From Chrysomallon squamiferum (lineage: Eukaryota; Animalia; Mollusca), in the NCBI GenBank assembly GCA_012295275.1, contig CM022665.1, forward strand, positions 35,960,001 through 36,024,000: a stretch of DNA of 64,000 bases, in the 5' to 3' direction. The notes under the pieces were generated by a model. That model was not told the DNA's origin and searched no databases. It saw only the letters and a program-made list of their open reading frames with translations. A program made the translations under genes and the position numbers. How positions within the stretch are numbered: position 1 is the stretch's first letter; every line of letters starts with the position of its first letter. Of the stretch, positions 54,884 to 64,000 are shown piece by piece.

Positions 54884-56363
54884 AGTTCAATAATGTCTTA
54901 TGATATTTTATTTCATAACAGAAGTACATTATCAATGATGCAGAAAATTGATGACAGCAATGCTGAAACCCCTGTTATATAATGGAATAATCCCAAACAA
55001 TGCCCAAATAGGTATTCTGCTCAGAATAGTCTAAAACTTAGTATTACAATTTTAATATGTACATTACCGAGACTGGGGATTTTGCAATGACATCCTGTAC
55101 GACAGTGCTGGAGTATGGGTGTCCTAAAAGGCGCTTTACATAGCATATTGTGTTATTGGCATTTCGAATCACACCTTGCTTTGCAGCAGCACCAACAGAC
55201 TAAAATAAAAACATTTAAAAAAAGTAACAATGTGACATGTATTTAAAATATTTTTAAGCATACTTAATATATATTGTTTATTACAAAGTAATTTTTTTGT
55301 TTCTGAAAGTCTGTTTTTTGTAATAAAACTATAACAATAAATTAAAAAGTTTGTGATGATGCATGAAGGCATATTTGTCATTACTTTTGTTTATTAATTA
55401 TTATTATTATTATTTTTTTTTTTCTGAGAAATAAACCTCTTAATAAGTCTTGGAAATCTCTTGCATTGTTAATCTGTTTTGAATAATTTTATATTTTATG
55501 TTAAAACTGCCATTACAAATTTATTTTACATGAAACAAAATAAAACAGTAACACGGAATGACAAAAATACATCAGGCACATTCAATACATTCAGGCACTT
55601 TCAATTTTATGTTCATTGTATATTTAATGTACCAAATAGTCAGAAAAATATCTTTACACATAAGAATAACATAACTTATATAACTACATCAGCTATGTGT
55701 TTAACTGATAAAAGAATATAGTAATTACCTGATCATGATCTGTGAAAGCAACAACACAGGGAGTAACTCTATCACCTAAATCATTTGCAACAACATCAGT
55801 CTTCCCATCCTGATCAGAAATAAAACAATAAGCATTCTATAGTCTTACTTTACAAAGAAGGTATGTGACAAACTTTTGCAAATTATTATTTTCCAATAAT
55901 GTTATAGTTTATCTTCAGAAAGAACAAAAAAACTATAAAAAAAAATTGCAAATTAAAATAATATCAATATCTTTTTAATGCAATGATAAATTGATAAAAG
56001 AAGATACAAATTTTTATCTGAATACAATTTGCTGGTATTTTCCCTTCACAATCTATGGAAATCCTGTGATTCATTTCAGTCATTTGGTAATATAAACACT
56101 TTATATCCTTTACTATTATATACTTTAAAACCAAAACTTATGAAATTTTATTAATTAATTGCACTAATTATCTCAAAGGTTCCTTGTGCTTTAATTATTT
56201 ATCACTGTATGTCCCAAAAACTCCATAACCCAGCATACAAAAAGATAATTATTTAAGACAAAACTTTTTCAAGAATTTTGCTATCAGTATATTTACAGAT
56301 TAATTAATAACCATAATTAGCGTTAATTTATACTGGTCTCAAAACAAACAAACAAAATAATAA

Positions 56364-56402
<39 letters not shown>

Positions 56403-56954
56403 AAAAATTAAAAAATTAAAAGAAATCTAACTTGATACGAACTTTCTTCATAACCAGTATCTTTATCAGAAAGGACACATTATCATGATTATGTAAACTG
56501 CATTAAACTGGAATATTATACTACATAATTTATTAATTATTAACTCATAGTCATACAATAAACAAAAAACCTGATTGTTCATTCTCCGTAATTTGATTTA
56601 CCAAACATCACATTTCAAGAAACTAATACGAAGATGAAACAAAATATGTTTACTACGTCGTGACATCTGTTCTTTTGGAAAATATGTAAAAAATAATGAC
56701 GAAGCAGAAACTCGAATGACAAAAAGAGTTGCTCGAAAATAGAATGCACGCTACTATAGTATAATTTACATTTCTCAAGTTACTGACAGTGGTAATGCAT
56801 ACTTTTAAAAGTGGTGGTGGCCACAATGAAATTCATATTCGAGACAAAATAAACTGTTCCCCCGTATATGAAACATGCAGATTAAACAATCAGTTACCCT
56901 GTAAACAGCCAAACAAGCAGAACATGTGCCAAAATGTACCCCAAACGCCGCCAT
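46507..56954 (-). CDS. HSPA14: Heat shock 70 kDa protein 14 (Hsp70-L1, ribosome-associated complex subunit), 14 coding exons, 506 aa
   Basis: Exons on the minus strand: 56954-56898 [19 protein letters not shown]; 55809-55729 [22 protein letters not shown]; 55199-55068; 52779-52674; 52266-52176 ([10 protein letters not shown]); 51125-51021 ([19 protein letters not shown]); 50030-49869 ([10 protein letters not shown]); 49317-49162; 48847-48745 (RARFESLC); 48249-48121 ([11 protein letters not shown]...DEVIAIGAA); 47792-47700; 47405-47235; 47112-47054; 46582-46507 (LHVTCQE...TGA). The total is 1521 nt, all introns are GT-AG and phases are consistent. The N-terminus and the short C-terminus lacking lid/EEVD match HSPA14 rather than canonical Hsp70. 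Confidence 0.97.
54050..54553 (+). pseudogene. Intronless, truncated TSSK-like (testis-specific Ser/Thr kinase) pseudogene or pseudokinase, antisense in HSPA14 intron 3
   Basis: [24 protein letters not shown] (Gly loop), VVKII (VAIK lysine), FWDVFLPRD (TSSK FLPRE motif) and [19 protein letters not shown] are present. [16 protein letters not shown] then occupies the HxxxVxHRDLKxENLL register with a TGA. No DFG or C-lobe follows. Confidence 0.8.
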
Positions 56955-57364
56955 GATTTCCTGTTTTATTTCGTAAATTCTTCCATGACGTATGTAACAA
57001 ATGTTTTGTGAATCGTGCCCTACTATAATTATTTTAAATATTCGAGTGACTCTGTGAAAAGTTTGTACTTAACTGAATAAAATTCATTTCTTTAGGCGAA
57101 TATTATTATTTTACTCATTAAAGAGCAAGAATAATAATTTAAAAAAATACATTTGACAGCTGCTGCTGTAATGCCTTCTTATCTCTTTGTACAGTTTCTG
57201 CGATAGTACGAGAATATCACAATTACTCCAGTTATGAAATATGTGTTTGGAAAATTAAAATTGTCATAGACTGAAATAACACTTTCAGTTAAATTAAACT
57301 ATTTACTTTAGAATAAAGGTAATCTTTTAGTTAGCAAACGAATATTTGCATAAAATTAACTGGG

Positions 57365-57409
<45 letters not shown>

Positions 57410-57671
57410 TCATGTATATTATTATTATTATTATTAATACAGAAAATGTCGAATTTAAAATATGCTTTGAAATATTTTAAGAAATCACACAGAACGGACA
57501 ATCCGATATATTTCCCCACTTGTAACGTGGGCTTCTTCCTTGGAGCATTGTGGAGAATTGACCAATCAAATAACGCCAACTCTTGTAGTAATTCAGGAAA
57601 CACGTTTTCTTTGTTTTGTTAGCAGTGCTATTTGACCGAAGGAAGTACAAAACATTGAGATTTTTTATTAG

Positions 57672-58456
57672 GAACAGACAACGGGAGAGTAGGATTCGCC
57701 TTCATAGCCGAAGATCACACAAACAAACCCACATGCATACAATTCGGCCGTATCAGAAATCACCTTTCGGTATATACGGCCGAATTGGTCGCCATCATCA
57801 GAGTCATGCTGTAGGTGAAACACAACAACAAACACACAGTGATATTCTCGGACAGGCTAAGTTCCGTCACCTCCATACAATCCGGACATTCCAGCAGTCC
57901 AGACCTACTCAGCAGAATACAACATCTACACGAAACAATTAAGCATGGAGTGGCTCCCAGCACATGTCGGCATCATCGGCAACGAACTTGCCGATCATTA
58001 CGCCAAAGAGTCAGTCACAATCAAAGACGAAGATATCTGCACCGACATACACTTCGGAACAAACGAAATTCTCATCATCGCAGCCAAACATTACGACAAA
58101 CAGTGGCAAAACGAATGGAACAACACCAAAAACAAATGGCACTTGAACATCAAACCACTCACCAAAACACCAACAATCACATTCGCCAACTAACTACACA
58201 ACAACAATCTCACCAAAGTAAGAATTGGTTACTTGACCAACTTAAATCCAATCCGATACAAATATCACAACACCATATCACCCAGCTGCAGCTGTGGACT
58301 CTCCGAAACCACGAAACACAACACAGTACATTGGAGGAACAAAAAATTGAGTTGACGCTCTAAAAAATCTTGGAACCAACCACGAAAGACAGAGAGTTAG
58401 TCCTCGCTGCAGTAACAACATACATTCTGAACACAAAAATGAATAATAAGAATTGA
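57672..58456 (+). mobile_element. 5'-truncated LINE 3' end (RNase H plus C-terminal Cys/His region; I/Nimb-like)
   Basis: Frameshifted GRVGFAF...SVYTAELVAI...VIFSDRLSSVTSI...EWLPAHVGIIGNELADHYAK (RNase H), then WQNEW, TKVRIG and CSCGLSETTKH (degenerate zinc knuckle). Base composition is distinctly C-rich. Confidence 0.9.
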
Positions 58457-58459
58457 AAT

Positions 58460-60210
58460 GATGATGATAGTAATTATTGTAACACTAGTAATGATGGAAT
58501 TAATTTTGTATTTGTTTTAAAGTTTGTTAAATGAAATACTGACATTTCTACGGTTTGTTTTCTCAGGATGAGAAGAGGAAAATGAAGAGGAAAATCTACA
58601 CATGCATCTTCTGCAAAAGAATGGTGCATGAGTAGGACATCACCTAAATGGTAAAGGGAAATACCTGTAAATTTGGTGAAGATGAAATTAATGAAAAGTG
58701 AAAAATAAAAGTATTTTCTTTATAGAAAGTTATTAAAATAAAATGAAACAAATGAATAGTAATAATATTAATAGAAATAATATTAATAGTGATAGTAGTG
58801 ATAATGACAGTGTTAAAGTTAATTAAAAAGATCATCATCAAAGAGAATGTAGGAGCTATTGTATGATTATAACAATAATAGTAATACTAGTAATGATGGA
58901 ATTAATGTTGTATTTGTTTTAATGTTTGTTAAATGAAATACTGATATGTTTAGATTTGTTTTCACAGGATGACAAGAGGAAGATGAAGACAGGAATACAC
59001 AGCTGAAGACAGGAATGGGTTTTTCATTTTTTCGGGGTTTCCGGCATTTGGATGGGCATGTATGCATTTTAACGTAGACATCAGACTCTTAATACTGATG
59101 TCTACACATGCATGTTCTGCTTTATAATCCGTAGGTCCCATAGGAGAAGAAGGTGAAAGAATGCTGCAGGAGCAAGACATCACCTGAATGGTAAAGAGAA
59201 ATGCCTGTACAGTTTTCGAAGAAGATAAATAAAACATAAAAGTATTGGCTTTATAAAAAGGAATTAAAAGAAGTGAGATAAACACAATAAAGTGATAATA
59301 ACAACAACAACAAAAATAGTAAAAACAATAATGGCAGTACTGAAAATGAGAATAATAATGAGAATAACAACAACAACAACTACAACAACAACATCATCAC
59401 GAACATCTTGATCATTAAAGACAATAAGTGTCATAATGATGCTGATAATAAAAAGGGTAACACTAGTAATGATGGAATTATTTACTTTATTTGATTTAAA
59501 GTTTGTTCAATGAAATATTGACATTTCTGCGGTTTGTTTTTCCAGGATGACAAGAGGAAACTGAAGACCAGAATCCACAGATGAAGCCAGGAATAGGTTT
59601 TTCATTTTCCTTGGATTTTTGGCTTTTGAGCTGGAGTGTATGCATTTTAACGTAGACATACTGATATCTACACATGCATGTTCTGTTTAAGAATGCTGCA
59701 GGAGAAAGACATCACCTAAATGGTAAACCGAAATTCCTGTACATTCTGTAAAGAATAAATTAATAAAAAGTGAAAAATAAAAATATTTGCTTTACAAAAA
59801 GTAATGAAAATGAAATAAAATGTAATTAAAATAATAATAGTGATGATACTGATAATTAGAATAATGAAGTTATCAGAAACAATAACAAGGATGACATCAA
59901 CATCATCATCATAGTCATCATCATCAAGAGAATAACAAGAATTATCATGATGATGATAGTAACAAGAGTAACACTAGTAATGATGGAATTAATTTTGTAT
60001 TTGTTTTAAAGTTTGCTAAATGAAATACTGACATTTCTACGGTTTGTTTTCTCAGGATGACAAGAGGAGAATTTGCACATGCATCTTCTGCTTAAGAATG
60101 GTGCAGGTGAAGGACTTCACCTAAATGGTAAACAGAAATAGTAATAGTGATAATATTGATGATGACAATAATGAAGTTAACAAGAACAATTACAACGATG
60201 ACATCAACAT
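58460..60210 (+). repeat. Near-identical inverted copy of part of the 19-23 kb 'R' array (4 cores)
   Basis: Reverse-complement match to about 21280-22940 and 19780-21020. ORFs 58962-59285 and 58644-58841 mirror 20223-20621 and 20647-20865. Cores are at about 58566, 58968, 59546 and 60056. Confidence 0.93.
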
Positions 60211-60617
60211 CTATGTTACAAACCTATGTTACAAAAACAAAACTATGATCAGTGTTAATCTTTCTCTCAGTAGATCAGAAAAATAAAATCACATGTCTAC
60301 TTCAGGAACTACCATACGTATATTTTTGATGAAATTCAATTTATCTTTCATTTTTTTATTTTTTTTTATTTATCATGTAATTTAATTTCATGTCAAAAGG
60401 TACAATGCCTTGGAATAAACAAACAAACAAATAAAACCTTTGTGAATTATTAAGAATGATGTACAGATATTGATTAATTGTTTGTTTTCTAACCCATTTA
60501 AAATGTACGTTTTTGAAAAAATTGAGATAAATAAAAAAAAAATAATTTTCAAAATAATTTTTCTGTTATTTATTTATTTATTTTATTCTGTTATTATTAT
60601 TATTATTAAATAAATAA

Positions 60618-60678
<61 letters not shown>

Positions 60679-60979
60679 TATAAATAAATAAATTAATAAA
60701 TAAATCAATAAATAATAATTATTTTTTTTATTATTATTATTGTTATTATTATATTTTTTTTTTAACCAAATATTAAAATAACATCATTGGAATAATAATA
60801 AACCAATAACCCTTAGTTTGGGTTTGTTCAATTTGATTACTTCCCCTTCCTGAATTTTTTATTTCGATAACGTGTTGTTTTATTGTGTTTAATATAGATA
60901 TAGGATTATTTGCTTATTGATGTCATTAAACTAAATAAATAACGTCAATTGCAGAATTCCATGTGGTTAAGAGTGATAT

Positions 60980-61700
60980 TGTTATCGTCATGTTTTGGAG
61001 TGCTTTGGAAACTAAACTACAGGTTTTAAAATACGTTCTCAAGCCAGCTTCAAGCAATTTACTCGAGTATCACGTGACCATCACCACTGGGAAACGCCAT
61101 TATAGAAGTATTACATGTTGTAAATAAATCTCTATGATATTATATTGTTATGAAATATTACTTTGTAATTCATTTAACTTCTAACTTCTATGGTTTATTT
61201 TTGTCAATAACATAGCTCTAATCAATATCGTTTGATTAATTTTTGTAAATGTCCCAAGAAATTAGACGAAACTTGTCTTATTTACCGATGTAAGCATGCA
61301 CGTGTTACCGTTAAAACAGCAGTCGTGAACAAATTGATTTTAATCAGGAATATGTTCGAAAGTCGTCCTTTCAGTAGGACTGAATCGTTCTGAATGTATA
61401 TTTTATTAATGTGTAAAGCGCTGAATGTATTCGCTATATAATATTACATTCGACGTAAGATTTCCTTGTTTTATATCATATAAAGTAACTAATTTTGCAC
61501 TATACCCGATATCGGAAAATGTTTTAAATTGTAATCACGCAACATTAATAACGGAAATCCAAATATAAATGTTATCTTTATCAATATCGTTTTACCATGA
61601 ACTGTAGAAAGAATATTCTTTTATAAATCAGCAGTGTGCGGCTATATTACAAAGAAAACACAGATTCTCCTCCGATCACCGAATTCATTCCATAAATAAG
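60980..61700 (+). promoter_or_regulatory. CpG-enriched, E-box-containing putative promoter of non-coding unit C
   Basis: CACGTG at 61071-61076 and 61299-61304 with high local CpG. It lies directly before sequence homologous to 27900-26865. Confidence 0.3.
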
Positions 61701-63800
61701 CTGAAGTCATTACAATAGAGAAGAAAAAAGGCAAATAAATTGATAAGATAAGTATATAAACAAAACTAGATCTTTTAAGATATGTATAATAATAATAATA
61801 ATACAGTAGAGTTCATTCAAGACAGTAAAAACAGAAAATAAATAACTTACTTATAGTTGTCTTTAATCTAAATAACTGCAGTAACTAATGCTGTAGTTTT
61901 ATTTTTAAATATTGTCAGACAAATGGAGAATAAAGTGCACCACCTATTAAGGAACTGATCCAAAAATTCGAACCAGACTGAGCTTGAATCATTGCTTAAA
62001 AACCACAGCTGTATTTCTAAATACAAAAAACTACTGAAAAATAGATTAAGCGGATACAATATTACGGTTACAATTTATTTAATCTATATTAACTCTTTCT
62101 ATCATAATCTCAAAAGCAACACACTTAATTCCAACTGATGGAAAGGAGAAATGACAAGCAGGGACATTATTAAATTAAATGTTTTAAATTTAAAAAGTGG
62201 TATAACTGGGAAAATCAATAATGTTACACTGCCCGTGATATTATTGATATTTTGGTTGATTATGCAGATGTGTTACTGATATTATACTGTTGTAATATTT
62301 AGAAGACTTTTATTCTGTTTAGTTAGAAAATATGGCAGACGTGTTAGAGATTAGCTGCTCCAACATCTTTAACAGACTTGCCAGTTATCTATGGCCTAAT
62401 TAATCCTAGCAGTGGAAACTAGTAACAGGTCTGCTGTTTATCTGTTAATAAAGTTAATTGATTTAGTTCCTGCTTTGCCAAACTTCCTTTTTCTTCAACT
62501 GGATATCTATTTTAAGAAGTAAATAGATCCCAAAATAACAAACAAATCAACATACATTTAGTTTTTGGATTACACTAAATGGATTACGGGAATTACTTGT
62601 AGCTTATTTCATAGAACCCATCATTCTTCCACCCTGGTGGGTCTCCAGTGGTTGAGCATCATCTCTCAAGTTTCTGTTGTGGACTGTCACATGACAGAAT
62701 TAGCATTTAACTGGGATTAGGCCCACTTCCTACATTCTGGCCTTGACTTCACCCCTTGACCAATCCAGCCTGGGAATCTCTACCAGGAGCTGTCGTTATT
62801 GCTGTATATCTCTCTGGTAATTAGACATTGAAGTTACCTCTCCACATAATAAACACTCATCTACACTCAAAATTCTAAACAGAAACATACAGACACAACA
62901 CTCCATGTGTACCACACACAAAACACAACACAAACACAAACGAGATGCATGATGCTCATACATGAACACTAACACACATTCAGATACATGCACACATCAG
63001 CAAATAAAGCAAATATACACACACATACACAACAACCAAACACCAGATACAAGTAAACCAAAGCGAAACACAGTGTCGTTTGTGTGATGCTCGATCTATT
63101 ATTTGTCATACAAACAAACAAAGAAATAAAATAATACAAGTTAATTTTCACAATTCTAATATGCGTTTATGTGATTTCTTTTCATTCATAATCCTATGTT
63201 CTTTATTTAGCAGATGAAGAACATTATCTGCAAATGAAAGATTTCAGATGTGACCAAAACATTACAAGGATGGCTTGCCCAAATGAAAATGATATTTGAT
63301 TTGTATTTACTCATGTAAGACTTAAAAAAATATTATAATAATAACAGTAGGAGTAGTCGTGATTGTAATGATAATAATAATCATAATAATAAAAACAGTT
63401 TCTATGGACAGAACTAAATTATAAACCTTAACTATTCAGAACTTGTTCTTGTAAAACATGTTAAACTTGACATGTTCAGTATCAAAATGTTTTTTTTATA
63501 ATTCTTATTTGTTTATTCATAATTATGTTCTTATATCATCTAAAATTTCATACATTGCTTCTTCATCTTTCAGAATCAGCAGTAAACAGTGCCTTGAAAA
63601 CTGGAAGATTCAACTGAGGATTTAGTGGATAGAATTTGACATCCATAGCAACAGGTACAGAAACAAAATGTTTTTCTAGAAGTAATGATGCAATAAATAT
63701 TTAGTTAAATTAAGATGAATAAATAAAAGGAAACAAAATAACAAAAATAACTCATCTGTCAACTAAAACTCTTCTTGTAGAAACTTGTATAGTTTGAAAA
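61600..63800 (+). repeat. Diverged inverted paralog of 23700-27920
   Basis: Colinear reverse-complement matches: AACCAGACTGAGCT (61971) / AGCTCAGTCTGGTT (27403); TTTCTATCATAATCTCAAAAGCAACACACTTAATTCCAACTG (62096) / 27244-27285; GTTCTTTATTTAGCAG (63198) / 26220 and 23936; AAAACTGGAAGA (63597) / 25939; ACTTGTATAGT (63783) / 25775. Confidence 0.85.
62128..62503 (+). ncRNA. Putative structured RNA element E, copy 3
   Basis: Stems are ATCAATAATGTTAC (62214-62227) / GTGATATTATTGAT (62235-62248), GCAGATGTGTTACTG (62264-62278) / TAGTAACAGGTCTGC (62420-62434), TACTGTTG/TAGCAGTG and GCAGGGA/TTCCTGC. Nearly all non-Watson-Crick pairs in these stems are G-U on the plus strand. Confidence 0.55.
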
Positions 63801-64000
63801 AATTAATTTCCTTTATTAAGAGTAATTATACATGACTGAATATAGACAGAGTATTTGAATGTTTTCATAGGATCACCAAACAGTAGTTTCCTTCAGAAAC
63901 TTGAGCATTCAATTATTAAGTCAACAGGATTAAGTTAATAGAAAAACATTACAAATCAGTTAGACTAATATACTTCATAACACACATAAAACAGGCTGAC

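Noticed and set aside
62128-62503. Element E as telomerase RNA, C/D or H/ACA snoRNA, or miR-34-like (TGGCAG)
   Set aside because: There is no CTAACCCTAA template, box motifs are not conserved across the three copies, and sequence after TGGCAG does not match miR-34.

Overview
This is an AT-rich, intron-rich animal genome window with one 200-N gap (233-432). The only intact protein-coding gene I can support is a complete 14-exon HSPA14 (Hsp70-14, ribosome-associated complex subunit) on the minus strand at 46507-56954, encoding 506 aa with GT-AG introns throughout. A decayed TSSK-like kinase lies antisense inside its third intron. Mobile elements are two RNase-H-bearing LINE remnants and a Tc2/pogo-type MITE. 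Most of the rest is patterned non-coding sequence that looks like a family of paralogous, hairpin-dense non-coding units: B (+, 433-11050), A (-, ~28250-16600) and C (+, ~61000 to the window end). A and C share CpG/E-box-rich upstream regions and a ~380-nt nested stem-loop element (3 copies). A and B share tandem exon-shaped repeats and terminal arrays of a ~40-nt GTGA-N7-TCAC stem-loop motif. Between A and HSPA14 lies a ~350-bp fold-back whose substitutions mostly read as G-U pairs on the minus strand, resembling a hairpin-RNA locus. All structures were paired by eye; transcription and function are inferred, not shown.
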